64,000 nt of DNA from Candidatus Latescibacterota bacterium (lineage in GTDB: Bacteria > Latescibacterota > CBDEFO01), in assembly GCA_965237525.1 (NCBI GenBank), contig CBDEFO010000004.1:384001-448000 (forward strand), given 5' to 3'. Below, one piece after another: positions 21,695-32,362 of the stretch; positions within the stretch are counted from its first letter, which is position 1, and each line of letters begins with the position of its first letter. The translations under genes and the position numbers were made by a program. The notes under the pieces were generated by a model, which saw nothing but the letters and a program-made list of their open reading frames with translations, made no database searches and was not told the origin of the DNA.

Positions 21695-24600
21695 GTGTAT
21701 CTACACCGTCTTGAAATATTCGGCTTTAAGTCCTTTGCTGATAAGATCACTTTGGACTTAGGAGACGGAATCACGTCTATCGTTGGCCCCAATGGGTGCG
21801 GCAAGACAAACGTGGTGGATGCCATAAGGTGGGCTTTAGGCGAGCAGAGACCGAGCTTGCTAAGGAGCGATAGGATGGAGGACGTAATATTCTGCGGCAG
21901 TAGGACCAGAAAACCGCTGGGAATGTCGGAAGTTACGCTTACCATCCAGAACACCAAGAATATATTGCCAATAGAGTTTAGCGAAGTTCAGATCACACGC
22001 AGGATCTTCGGGTCAGGTCAGAGCGATTATCTGCTTAATAAGGTCCCGTGCAGGTTGATGGACGTAAATAACCTCTTTATGGATACAGGGATGGGTCCAC
22101 ACGCCTACACCGTTATGGAGCAGAACATGGTTGAGGCCATTATCGGAGACAGCACGGAGGACAGGAGACGTCTGTTTGAGGAGGTAGCGGGCATAACAAA
22201 GTACAAGGTGCGCCGCAAGGCGACCTGGAACAAGCTGACATCCACACAGCAGGACGTTCTAAGGATAGGAGACATCATAGCGGAGGTGGAAAATCAGGTA
22301 GCCTATCTTCGAAGACAGGTCGGCAAAGCCAGAAGATATCAGGCGTATCAGGAAAAGTTAAAGGAATCAGAGATCTCGTTAGGCCGGCATAATTACTACC
22401 ATCTGGAGGCAAGGATACGTCCCTTGGCAGATCAGATAGAAAAACTTAGAGTGGAGATAGAGGAAGACTTGTCTGGACTTTCCCTGATGGAGTCCCAGAT
22501 TGAGAGAATAAGACTCAATCTTATCCAGAAGGACAAAGAGCGCTCTCTAACAGCACAAGTTCTCAACAGCCAGATCGAGCTTATCCAACGAAAAAGCGAA
22601 GAGGTGATAAAGGCCCAAGGAAGGATGGAGAGCCTGACAAAGGACATCGAGCGGCTTGGGCTGGAGGTCGCCGAGGCTACTCGGAAGTTAGATCAAACCA
22701 GAAGAGAAAGGGAAAAAGCCGAAGAGAGTATAACAAGAGTCAAGGCGGATAATCTATCGATCAAAGATAGCCTCAATGTCCAAGAGGAGGAACTGGAAAG
22801 GCTGGTTCGCTCCGTCTCCGAAAAGAGGTATGAACTCGAGGTTCACAAAGAAAAACTGATCCAGCTTTTCCGCTCTGAGTCCCAAAACAGGGGAGCCATT
22901 GAAAGGGATAAAGCCCACATGGACAATATCCTCTCTCGTCTGGAGAAACTGCGCGAAGAGGAGTGTGGCGCTCAATCAGAGCTTAAAGATGCCTTAAAAA
23001 GAGAGCAGGATGCCCTTGAAGCTAATCGAGAAACTCACGAGGCTATCCAAAAGATCAGCCGTGAAAAAGTGACTCTTGAAGAGGAACTTGAGGGGGAGAG
23101 GAAAAGATTAGATTCGATCAGGGAGCAGCTATCAGATGTTAAAGGGAAGATAGAGGCCAAAAGGGCCGCTCTGGCGCTCCTGGAAAAGATAAGGGAGTCG
23201 TATGAGGGATATTCAGAGAGCGTAAGGACCCTGATATTAAGCTCTCCCTATAAAGACCAGATAAGGGGAACTTTAGCAGACCTGCTTCACACACAGGAGA
23301 GATACGCCAAGGCTATAGAGGCGGCTTTGGGGCAGTCACTGGAGTATCTGGTGACGGACAAGATGGAGACAGCCACAGGTTCGATCTCGTTTTTGAAGGA
23401 ACAGGAGGGAGGGAGAGCCACGTTCCTTCCGATGGACAGATGCAAGAATGGCAGGGATAAAAACGAGTCGAACGAAAAGGACCCAATGAACATGGGATCC
23501 GACGAAAAGGTCGACCCCCGATTTAACCCACGATCTAGTCGGGGGGGGGACTCCGTAAAGCCGTCGATCTTGTCAGGTTCGATGATGAACTTGCCCCCAT
23601 TGTCCGCCTCCTGTTGGGAAAAACAGTTGTGGTGGAAGACCTGAAGACGGCCCTTTCCTGCTCCTTAGAGAACGGGAACTCCACAAGATTCGTTACGCTT
23701 GAGGGAGATATAGTCGAACCGTCGGGCCAGATAACAGGAGGTAATTCGACAGAGGTAGATATGAGCCTTATAGGCAGGACGGAGCAGATAGAGGCCCTCC
23801 GGGAACAGATTGAGGAGGAGGGCATAAACCTAAATTGCCTCTCACAGCAGATGACGGGATCGGAGGCTCGTATCTCGGCAATCTCAGTTAGCCTGTCGAA
23901 TGCCGAGGATACCCTATTAGAGCTCAGAGATAAGCTGTCCGAGTTCAAACAACAGGAGGCTCAAAGTAGATCTGACATAAAAAGGTTGCAGGCCAGGTTG
24001 GAGTCCATTTCAAAGGAGACCTTAGAGCTTAAAGAAAGATCCGAACAGCTTCTGGAGGATATAGAAAATCAAGAATTGGAGATAAAAAGACTCGAAGGGA
24101 AAAAAGAGGAACTGAGTCAATCCTCAGGTGAGTACGAACGGGCTTTGCGCACTCTGGAGGAGAACAGGAACCAAAAGGCCGAGGGAGTCCACGAACTGAG
24201 ACGAAAGATGACCTCGCTTGAGGAGCGTTTGCGGGGATTCTCGTCGGATGTGAAGAGATGTAACATACAGATAGCCGAACTTGAGAAGGCCGTTTCGGAC
24301 TCCAGATCCCAATCCGAAAAGGCCGGTGAGGAACTCGATAGGCTCAAAGCTCAAAAGGACAGGGACGAAGATGAGCTTGAAAAGCTCTATTCCCAAAGAT
24401 CCCAGATAGAAAAGGACAGGGACACAAAAGATTCGGAATATCACGAACTAGAGGTCAAAGAAAGAGAATTAGAGAATGAGATACGGGCTAAGAGGAGAGT
24501 GCAGGACGAGCGCAGGGAAAACCTTTCAGATGTCCAGTTTGAGCATTCACAGCTTACGTCCAGAGCCGGCATAGTAAGAGAGAACTTAAGAGACAGATAC

Positions 24601-25317
24601 GGCGTTGACGTGGTGGAGGTAGAACCTTTGGAGGAAGCGTTCAACCCTGAACTTGCCCAGATGCAAATAGAGGAGACACAGGGGAGGATAAGGAGCCTCG
24701 GACCAGTCAATATAGGAGCTATTGAGGAATATGAAAGAGGAACGGAGCGGTATGAATTCCTCTCTGGTCAAAGAGACGATCTACTGGAGGCGGAGGATGA
24801 TCTGAAAAAGACTATTGCCAAGATAGACAGAACCGCAAGGAGCATGTTTACCGAGACGTTTTCAAAGGTGGCAGCCAATTTTCGAAAGACGTTCGTGGAG
24901 TTCTTCGAAGGGGGCCAGGCCGATTTGATCCTATCCGAAGGAGATGATCCCCTGGAGTCCGAGATTAATATCGTTGCCCGCCCACAGGGCAAGAGGCTCC
25001 AGTCTATAAATCTTATGTCAGGCGGTGAGAAGACACTGACCGCCATAGCCCTCCTCTTTTCCATCTACCTGGTCAAGCCGAGTCCGTTCTGCATACTCGA
25101 CGAGGTGGACGCTCCATTAGATGACGCTAATATCGAAAGGTTCATTAAGGTCATACGCAAATTCTCAGACAGAACGCAATTTGTAATCGTGACTCATAAC
25201 AAACGCACCATGGAGGCGTCGGACTGTCTGCACGGCGTGACTATGGAAGAACCGGGAGTGTCTCAGCTCGTCTCCGTCAGACTCGACCTCAATAGAGATG
25301 GGGTGAATGCTGCCTGA
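21695..25317 (+). CDS. smc: Chromosome segregation protein SMC; apparent frameshift in a G9 run at 23541-23549
   Basis: GFKSF, GPNGCGKTN; hinge GRATFLP continuing after the shift as LRKAVDLV...LLGKTVVV; MSGGEK, LDEVDAPLDD. Confidence 0.93.
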
Positions 25318-25504
25318 AAGGCATCTTTTACCTTTCTGTGACATTATCTTCTTCAAAACCTTCCCGAACGGGTTTTATCTCCGCGCTATCCATCTAACTT
25401 GTCCTTCCCGGCTAAATAAAATGCTTGACTTTCGCACCCTCATTTAATATCATTGCCACCAAATAGATCTGTCCACAACCGATCTTAAGACTCTGGAGTC
25501 CCGG

Positions 25505-25655
25505 GTGGACAAGCTGAAAGCGGCTGTCATCGGAGCGGGCGGGCAAGCCACTCGCACTTTAAGATGGCCAAAGCGCAAAATGAAGTACACCCTGCCGCGG
25601 TGGCTGAAAGCGACCCGGAGAGTTAGAAAAGGCCAAGGCGGAGCATAATCCTGAC
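25505..25655 (+). pseudogene. Degraded N-terminus of a Gfo/Idh/MocA oxidoreductase
   Basis: MDKLKAAVIGAGGQA, then across frameshifts HFKMAK...AAVAESDPE / LEKAKAEH; upstream TTGACT-N17-TATCAT at 25425-25453. Confidence 0.6.
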
Positions 25656-25689
25656 AACTGCTTGCAGTCCTGATTTGGTTCAAGGGTCC

Positions 25690-25905
25690 ATCACCCTTCC
25701 CGAGCGTCCGGGCATCTACGTAGAGTTGAGGTTCAGGAGTTCTTGTCGCAGCCGATGGCACGGGAACGCTTGTCATAGATGATCAGGAGCGTTCTATCCG
25801 GGATGGCGACAGTAATTTCGTCCCCTGGTATTGGGTGCACTGTCATCAACAATGGAGACATCTCCTTGGAGCGCTCATTTTGGTGGCCTGTCTTCCGCTA
25901 ACCCT
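25690..25905 (+). pseudogene. Degraded cupin-domain gene
   Basis: DGTGTLVIDDQERSIRDGDSNFVP...H followed by shifted TVINNGDISL. Confidence 0.5.
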
Positions 25906-26110
25906 AATCGCTTGCCAGAGACTCAATCTCAGGCTCTTTGTAGACGTAGTCCACAACGATGGTTTTCTGGTCCCTGTACGGCAGGCTCACAAAGTGATGT
26001 AGAGCTGCGTTCACTACTACCGTCTTGTTGATAGCGTTTGTGACGAGCTTTTCAAGGGAGCTATTAGTCTCATCTTTAAGTCTTATAGTTACAGATGTCG
26101 TAGCCATCAT
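25904..26110 (-). CDS. Small ribbon-helix-helix (CopG-like) protein
   Basis: TSVTIRL beta strand plus two helices; AAGGAG RBS; divergent from the BMC operon. Confidence 0.6.
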   Translation of the reverse strand: MMATTSVTIRLKDETNSSLEKLVTNAINKTVVVNAALHHFVSLPYRDQKTIVVDYVYKEPEIESLASD

Positions 26111-26292
26111 ATTCTCCTTTGACAGTTGATTGATCATTCGATTTGATAGTTAAATGTAGCTACTCGTGTGCATTTTATCAAGTCTGAACGGATAGATTTC
26201 AAAATCTATCCGCTTTTTATTTGTCGCTTCTCCTTGGAGTCTAATGGGACATCCAGGGCGATCAACGCAGTGATCCGTGTGATTTTTTATGC

Positions 26293-26321
26293 TTGACTTT
26301 ACGGTCGGATAGTGGTATTTT
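26293..26321 (+). promoter_or_regulatory. Probable BMC operon promoter
   Basis: TTGACT-N17-TATTTT with a TG extension. Confidence 0.45.
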
Positions 26322-26374
26322 CACTTTTTAACAGGGCTTCAGGCATTGGCAATAAAAGTCAAGGAGGTGCAAAA

Positions 26375-26647
26375 GTGGAAGGAACTGCGCTTGGGATGGT
26401 TGAAACGAAGGGTTTGGTGGGGATGATAGAGGCGTCTGACGCTATGGTCAAGGCGGCTAAGGTGACCCTCCAAAGGTATGAGGCGATAGGCGCGGCTTAC
26501 GTTACGACCTTTGTAAGGGGCGACGTGGGCGCGGTGCAGGCGGCGGTGCAGGCAGGTGTGGAAGCCGCTGGGAAAGTCGGGGAGTTAGTGTCGTCTCACG
26601 TGATCCCTAATCCGCATTCGGATCTGGACGAGGTGATCCTTAAGTGA
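26375..26647 (+). CDS. BMC shell hexamer (BMC-H)
   Basis: [11 protein letters not shown]...DAMVKAA...RGDVGAV...HVIPNPH; AAGGAGG RBS, GTG start. Confidence 0.95.
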   Translation: MEGTALGMVETKGLVGMIEASDAMVKAAKVTLQRYEAIGAAYVTTFVRGDVGAVQAAVQAGVEAAGKVGELVSSHVIPNPHSDLDEVILK

Positions 26648-26714
26648 TCTGTAAAGCTTGAGCTTGCGTTGAGGACGGACTTTCCATAAACTTTGTTAGA
26701 AAGGAGAAAATGTA

Positions 26715-26999
26715 ATGGGTGAGGCTCTGGGAATGATAGAGACTCGCGGGCTTGTGGCGATGATTGAGGCCGCTGACGCCATGGTCAAGGCGGCAAACGT
26801 TCAGCTTGTGAATTGGGAGAAGATCGGCGGGGGATACGTAACAGCGCTTGTGAGGGGTGACGTGGCGGCTGTGAAGGCCGCTACCGATGCAGGTGCTGCA
26901 GCCGGCCAGAAGGTGGGAGAGCTTGTTTCTGTGCACGTGATACCGCGCCCGCATGCGAGCCTGGACGAAGTGCTGCCTATAAGTAAGCCGGGAAAGTAA
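26715..26999 (+). CDS. BMC shell hexamer (BMC-H, EutM/PduA-like)
   Basis: [15 protein letters not shown] pore motif, [16 protein letters not shown]. Confidence 0.97.
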   Translation: MGEALGMIETRGLVAMIEAADAMVKAANVQLVNWEKIGGGYVTALVRGDVAAVKAATDAGAAAGQKVGELVSVHVIPRPHASLDEVLPISKPGK

Positions 27000-27080
27000 A
27001 CGATTTGAAAGGAGATAGATGGTAGAGAGAACCGATTAGATAGTAGGCGGCGGGGGCAGATGCCCTGTCTACTGTGTACG

Positions 27081-27120
27081 CCCGATTGAATCCCTGATTG
27101 AGTCTATCGGGGAGCGGGGG
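27081..27120. repeat. Self-nested mini-hairpin
   Basis: CCCGATTGAAT[CCCTGATTGAGTCTATCGGGG]AGCGGGGG within CTGTCTAC-type repeats. Confidence 0.7.
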
Positions 27121-27140
27121 TTACTGTCTACTGAAGTTAA

Positions 27141-27434
27141 ATGATAATGGGCAAGGTCGTGGGCACTGTTGTGGCCACACAAAAAAATGAGAGGCTCAAA
27201 GGGACGAAGCTTCAGATAGTCCAGCCTGTGGATATGGATGTCGTGCCTGTGGATTCGTACCTTGTGGCGGTGGATTCTGTAGGAGCGGGATACGGTGAGA
27301 TAGTCCTGTGTGCGAGCGGAAGCTCGGCTCGACAGACGAGCATAACGGAGAACGCGCCTGTAGATGCGGTTATCATGGCGATTGTGGATTCCTTTGAGAT
27401 TGAGGGCAGAGTGGTTTATCGCAAAGATGGCTAA
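27141..27434 (+). CDS. BMC vertex pentamer (EutN/CcmL)
   Basis: GKVVGTVVATQK, VAVDSVGAGYGE, GSSAR, PVDAVIMAIVD. Confidence 0.96.
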   Translation: MIMGKVVGTVVATQKNERLKGTKLQIVQPVDMDVVPVDSYLVAVDSVGAGYGEIVLCASGSSARQTSITENAPVDAVIMAIVDSFEIEGRVVYRKDG

Positions 27435-28905
27435 CGGAAAAAAGATAGCAAGCAATATCAAGCTAGATGAGGCGAAGATAAGGACGATTGTGGAGGAGGT
27501 GGTAAGGGAGTTTTCCCGGTCGAAATCGGCGTTGGACTCGGGCGATGGACGCAGATCTGAGATAGCGTCCGATATGGAGACAGGGGACGGTCTCTTTGAA
27601 AATATAGAGGACGCTATTTGCGCTGCCGAGATAGCTCAAAAGGAGCTATCTGATCTTTCGCTGGAAAAGAGGAAAGATATCGTTGAGGCGATAAGGAAGG
27701 TGGGGACAGAAAACGCCGAGGACCTTTCGAGGATGACCCTTGAGGAGACGGGCATGGGGAGGTTTGAGGATAAGGTGAAAAAGCACCTTATGGTGTCTCA
27801 GCTGACACCGGGAGTGGAGGATTTAAAGACGGATTCCTGGTCGGGCGACAGGGGACTTACGATTGTGGAGATGGCGCCTTACGGAGTGATAGGAGTCGCC
27901 ACGCCATCAACGCATCCTGTTCCGACGACGATCAACAACGCTATCTCTATAATCGCCGCGGGAAATTCGGCGGTGTTCAATCCTCATCCGGGGGCAAAGA
28001 GGGTCTCGGCGTGCGGGATAGCCAGGATAAATAAGGGTATAGTCGAGGCAGGAGGACCGCCGAATCTCCTGACAACTGTGACCGATCCGACCATAGAGAC
28101 GGCGAAGGTGCTGTTTAGCCATCCGAAGATAAGGTTGCTTTTAGTGACCGGAGGTCCGGGCGTTGTGAAGGCAGTGATGGAGTCCAACAAGAAGGCTATC
28201 ACAGCAGGTCCGGGTAATCCTCCCGTGGTCGTGGACGAGACCGCAGATCTCGAAAGGGCGGCAAAGGATACTGTACAGGGGGCCAGCTTCGAGAATAATA
28301 TTATATGCACAGCCGAAAAAGAGGTCTTCGTAGTGGAATCTGTGGCGGATGAGTTTAAAGAACATGTGAAGAATAACAACTGTCACGAGCTTACGGCGAT
28401 TCAGATAGAACAGCTCGCCAAGATAGCCTTTGTGAAGGATGAGAAGACTGGTCACCTTATGGTAAACAAGCAGTTGGTGGGGAGGGATGCCTCTGTCTTG
28501 GCCGAGAAGATCGGCGTTTCTGTTCCGAATGAGACGAGGCTCCTTATCGGCGAGACTTCCCCCGAGCATGTGTTTGTACAGGAGGAGCAGATGATGCCGT
28601 TTCTGCCTATCGTGAGAGTCTCCGATGTCCATAAGGCAATAGACCTTGCGGTGCAGGCCGAGCACGGCTACGGACATACGGCAGTGATGCACTCCAGGAG
28701 CGTGGAGAATATGACCGAGATGGCGAGGAAGTGCAACACTGCCATCTTTGTGAAAAACGGGCCTTCGATAGCGGGTCTTGGAGTGGGCGGCGAAGGGCAC
28801 CTCTCATTTTCGATAGCAGGTCCGACAGGTGAGGGGCTGACTTCACCACGCACGTTCACAAGGCAGAGACGATGCACGCTTGTGGATTATTTTAGGATTA
28901 TTTGA
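27427..28905 (+). CDS. Acylating aldehyde dehydrogenase (EutE/PduP-like) with an N-terminal encapsulation peptide
   Basis: APYGVIG, TGGPGVV, GPGNPP, NIICTAEKE, EQMMP, TGEGLTS; EP-like LDEAKIRTIVEEVVREF. Confidence 0.95.
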   Translation: MANGKKIASNIKLDEAKIRTIVEEVVREFSRSKSALDSGDGRRSEIASDMETGDGLFENIEDAICAAEIAQKELSDLSLEKRKDIVEAIRKVGTENAEDLSRMTLEETGMGRFEDKVKKHLMVSQLTPGVEDLKTDSWSGDRGLTIVEMAPYGVIGVATPSTHPVPTTINNAISIIAAGNSAVFNPHPGAKRVSACGIARINKGIVEAGGPPNLLTTVTDPTIETAKVLFSHPKIRLLLVTGGPGVVKAVMESNKKAITAGPGNPPVVVDETADLERAAKDTVQGASFENNIICTAEKEVFVVESVADEFKEHVKNNNCHELTAIQIEQLAKIAFVKDEKTGHLMVNKQLVGRDASVLAEKIGVSVPNETRLLIGETSPEHVFVQEEQMMPFLPIVRVSDVHKAIDLAVQAEHGYGHTAVMHSRSVENMTEMARKCNTAIFVKNGPSIAGLGVGGEGHLSFSIAGPTGEGLTSPRTFTRQRRCTLVDYFRII

Positions 28906-28920
28906 TAAAGTGGAGATATT

Positions 28921-29163
28921 GTGAGACCGCTATCGATCTTACTCAACATTGCCGTTGTTACTGCAATGATTTTTCTAATTGCATCTGAAGGTATACCGGA
29001 TGAAGGAAAGTACATGCTGTTGTTTGTACTTCTTATATTCACTCCAATAGTCAATCTTTATGTATTACTCGGAAAAAATGGGGACTGGGTTAGTCTTTAC
29101 TTTAAGAGAAAGGCCATGGAAGAAAAAAGTAGGATCGAGGAATTACAGAACAAAAAGCAATAA
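28921..29163 (+). CDS. Small two-TM hypothetical protein (cargo)
   Basis: GGAG RBS; AT-rich; two hydrophobic stretches. Confidence 0.7.
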   Translation: MRPLSILLNIAVVTAMIFLIASEGIPDEGKYMLLFVLLIFTPIVNLYVLLGKNGDWVSLYFKRKAMEEKSRIEELQNKKQ

Positions 29164-29253
29164 TTACTGCGCACAATGGCTTGTAGACAGTTGAACTCAA
29201 GAAAAGATTTCCACCTTTCCGATAGTCTGCTGGAAATGCATATAATAACAGAC

Positions 29254-29370
29254 GAAGATAATTAGCGAATGCGGTTGGTGAACATAATAGACTCTGTAGT
29301 AGCCACAAGGTAAAAACTGAAAAGCTGGATGCCCCAGAGTAATGTATATTTGTAATAGTTCGGATATACT
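29254..29370 (+). repeat. Degenerate copy of the BMC-P 5' end plus a shared ~65-bp tail
   Basis: ATGCGGTTGGTGAACATAATAGACTCTGTAGTAGCCAC resembles the gene start at 32766; tail matches 30837-30899. Confidence 0.75.
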
Positions 29371-29411
29371 GCCGGGAGGTTTCCGGTTTTTAACTTAGGA
29401 AGACCCACAGA

Positions 29412-30734
29412 ATGTCCCAGTGGATAGAAAGAATTGATAGCCATCCTCTACATGAACAGATGAGGACACTTGATTCAGTATTGGACGAACTGGATGAATT
29501 TGAGGACCCTTCGGAAGAGGGGACTCACGGCTTTGAAAGGCTAAGACAAATCAACGCTTTAGTTCAATCTAGAATATCCAGTTTGGATCCATTCCTTTTC
29601 CCTTTGCATATTCTTGACAGTCTTAGCTCTTCCATTCAAGAGATAACATCACAAGTTAAGCAGTACACGTCAAACCGGGACCTGGGCCACTTGAATAACG
29701 CGAACCAGGAAGCGGACACCGTGTTAGTTAATATTTCTAACTTACCTGTAATTAGAGGGCTTGAAGATGTCCAGGGACTCAGGGAAGCAGCTACTTCCTT
29801 TCGAAGATCCGTTGCACAGTATCAGAGATATGTGGAGGATGAACAAAAAGGGCTACAGGCTCCAATTCAGAGCTCACAGCAAAGGCTGGAACAATTAAAC
29901 ACAGAAATAGAAAACCAGAGAGGACGACTTGACTCTGCAATCGCTGAGTTTCAAAAACAGTTCTCTGAGGCAGAGGAGCGTCGGAGAAACGAACACGGGC
30001 AAGAAGAGAAACAGAGAGCCTCAGGATATGTGCAGGCGCAAACTGAGCGCGCAGAAACTTTCAGGGCGAATAGTGAAGAATGGCAGAAAACTTACCAGAA
30101 TCTGAAAGACGAAATCGCCAAAGCCCATGAAACTTTAACAGAAAAATATGACAGCAGCATACAAGAACTTGAGAGCAATTTCACCCAAAGCGCCGAAGTA
30201 TATATGCAAGAATTGGAATCTCACAAGGAACGGGCACAAGAACTTGTCTACGTAATAGCAAATACAGGTATGGTTGGTGGGTACCAGAAGATTGCCAATG
30301 AGGAGCGTCGGTCAGCAAATCGGTGGCATGTCATTACAATTGTTTCGTTGATCTGTCTAATAGGGTTCGCAATCTATGCTTTTGCTTCAACCATAGGTGA
30401 AGAAGTCAAAATTGCGACTTTTCTTGGTCGTGCATTTGTGGCAGTCACTTTTGGTATTTTGGCTGCGTATGCCGCGCGACAAGCAGACAGACACCAGGAA
30501 ATTGAACGAAATAGTAGAAGAGTTGAACTAGCGCTAGCATCCATCGACCCATATTTGGCTGGTCTCCCTGATGACACATTACAGGAGGTTAAAAAGGATC
30601 TTGCTCAAAGGTTTTTTGGTCAGCAGGATTCTGAACGGGCAAAGCGTAAGGAGAAGTTTAGTGGTAACGCTGCCGACCTGCTCCGCATGACAGTCGAAGC
30701 ACTTGTTGATATAGCGAAGAAATCTGGCAAGTAA
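29412..30734 (+). CDS. Coiled-coil protein with two C-terminal TM helices (cargo)
   Basis: 440-aa ORF, AGGAAG RBS, heptad-rich middle region. Confidence 0.8.
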   Translation: MSQWIERIDSHPLHEQMRTLDSVLDELDEFEDPSEEGTHGFERLRQINALVQSRISSLDPFLFPLHILDSLSSSIQEITSQVKQYTSNRDLGHLNNANQEADTVLVNISNLPVIRGLEDVQGLREAATSFRRSVAQYQRYVEDEQKGLQAPIQSSQQRLEQLNTEIENQRGRLDSAIAEFQKQFSEAEERRRNEHGQEEKQRASGYVQAQTERAETFRANSEEWQKTYQNLKDEIAKAHETLTEKYDSSIQELESNFTQSAEVYMQELESHKERAQELVYVIANTGMVGGYQKIANEERRSANRWHVITIVSLICLIGFAIYAFASTIGEEVKIATFLGRAFVAVTFGILAAYAARQADRHQEIERNSRRVELALASIDPYLAGLPDDTLQEVKKDLAQRFFGQQDSERAKRKEKFSGNAADLLRMTVEALVDIAKKSGK

Positions 30735-30778
30735 TCAAACAAGACCCTCTGATCTGGGAAATGATTCTGGACAACATG

Positions 30779-30969
30779 AAGGATATTTACTCCAAGGCAC
30801 TTAGGGAAAGTAATAGGCTCTGTCGTAGCCACATGGTTAAAACTGGACGCCACAGAGTTCACCCAGAGTAACGTATATCTGCAATAGTGCGTATATACCG
30901 CCAAATTGAAAAGATATCTGAAATAATGTGGACATGAACGAGGATTATTTTAGGATTATTTGAGAAAGT
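30779..30969 (+). repeat. Second degenerate BMC-P 5' copy and tail, then a copy of the aldehyde dehydrogenase 3' end (30942-30969)
   Basis: GGCACTTAGGGAAAGTAATAGGCTCTGTCGTAGCCAC; GGATTATTTTAGGATTATTTGA(G/T)AAAGT matches 28884-28911. Confidence 0.8.
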
Positions 30970-31010
30970 ACGATCATTATGCGTAATTGGCATCACCTAT
31001 GGAGGTTGCT

Positions 31011-31535
31011 ATGTGGTTCGTACGCTGTTTTAGCTGTTTACTGTCTCTGGTCGTGATACTGATCATGCCAGCAAATTCTGTATCCGAAGAGGATGAATGG
31101 TGGAAGTTAAAGGCAGATGATAGGGCATTCAGTTTCACAGAATTCAGAAAGAGAGCTGAGCGCGTAGGTAGTAGCCTGAACAACTTCGCTGATTTCACGG
31201 AAGTGCTTATTCGAAACAGCAATCTCAATCAAGCTGTTCTTAATCTTAGTGAAATATCGGATGATCAAGTTATCATCTTCAAAATTAAAGGCAAAGATCT
31301 TAAGCGATTTAGCATGGATTTACTCTGGGAAGCGCAATATATAGGTTTCAAGAACCGTATGACAACGATAAAAAGATATGGTTATATTAGCCAGAACGAA
31401 ATTCTTGAGTTAAGACTGGAGAATCTGAAGCTCAAGGGCGCTTCCCAGAAGGAGATCGAACAAATACAAGTCTCTTTGGACGAACAACAAAAGCAATTGC
31501 AGGACTTTCTATCTAAGGGGATCTGGGTTGACTGA
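31011..31535 (+). CDS. Secreted hypothetical protein (cargo)
   Basis: GGAGG RBS before MWFVRC; signal peptide. Confidence 0.7.
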   Translation: MWFVRCFSCLLSLVVILIMPANSVSEEDEWWKLKADDRAFSFTEFRKRAERVGSSLNNFADFTEVLIRNSNLNQAVLNLSEISDDQVIIFKIKGKDLKRFSMDLLWEAQYIGFKNRMTTIKRYGYISQNEILELRLENLKLKGASQKEIEQIQVSLDEQQKQLQDFLSKGIWVD

Positions 31536-31589
31536 AGTCTGAGTGGGTATTAGCAAGTTATCTGAATCTATTTAAGCAGGAAGAATTAG

Positions 31590-32141
31590 ATGAAAGCGTC
31601 CGCTATATTATCTCTCAGTATGAGACTTATTGCCTTACTGTTGGGGGTCCACGCCAATGTTTACGTACCGATGATTGGCTGGAGTATGGCGCGACTCCTG
31701 TCTGATGAACCCTACCAGTGGCCCAATATCGCATCTCAAGCGTCAGCTTTTATTCTGAGCCTTGTCGCAGCCTGTCTTCTTTTCAGATATGCGGATCTGC
31801 TGACCGCAAAATTTGTCTCCTCCGATGAAGAGATTGATATAAGAGGATTGGATGATCTCTCCAAGAGTCAGGATATGTTCCAGTTTGCGTTGAAAGTTGT
31901 CGGCGCTGTCTGCGTTGCCTTCTCGATCCCTCAGATTGTGGGACAGGGGATTATGAGGATAATGCTCAATCCTTCTTTTCAGATGCAGTTGTGGTCTTAC
32001 ATTGTGCCTGGAATCATACTTCTTGGGGTTGCTATCTACCTATTGAAAGACGGTCGTTTCCTAATGGATTTGGCCTACGGGCAAAGGATAAGAGGATCAG
32101 TTTCAGATAATACATCGGAGTCTTCAACTCCTTTGATCTGA
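31590..32141 (+). CDS. Four-TM membrane protein with an internal two-helix repeat (cargo)
   Basis: 183-aa hydrophobic ORF. Confidence 0.75.
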   Translation: MKASAILSLSMRLIALLLGVHANVYVPMIGWSMARLLSDEPYQWPNIASQASAFILSLVAACLLFRYADLLTAKFVSSDEEIDIRGLDDLSKSQDMFQFALKVVGAVCVAFSIPQIVGQGIMRIMLNPSFQMQLWSYIVPGIILLGVAIYLLKDGRFLMDLAYGQRIRGSVSDNTSESSTPLI

Positions 32142-32191
32142 TCGTTCTCTCCAATTTATAAAGCGGGTAGTTTGGAGGATAATTCAATCCG

Positions 32192-32362
32192 ATGCGCTTA
32201 GGAAAAGTAATAGGCTCTGTCGTAGCCACGCGGAAAGACCCTAATTTAGAGAGCATCATGCTGAGGATAGTCCAGCCGCTGAATCATAGGGGTGACAAGA
32301 TCGAAGAGCCTCTGGTTGCCGTGGACATGGTCTGTGCGGCCCACAAGGAGACGGGAAAATGA
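32192..32362 (+). pseudogene. 3'-truncated BMC-P copy (56 aa); stop overlaps the ybjQ-family ATG
   Basis: MRLGKVIGSVVATRKDPNLESIMLRIVQPLNH...VAVDMV; leader GGAGGATAATTCAATCC identical to that of the 32766 gene. Confidence 0.9.

Noticed and set aside
23541..23549. Programmed ribosomal frameshift in smc
   Set aside because: A G9 homopolymer in a window with several other 1-bp indels; sequencing error or slippage is simpler.
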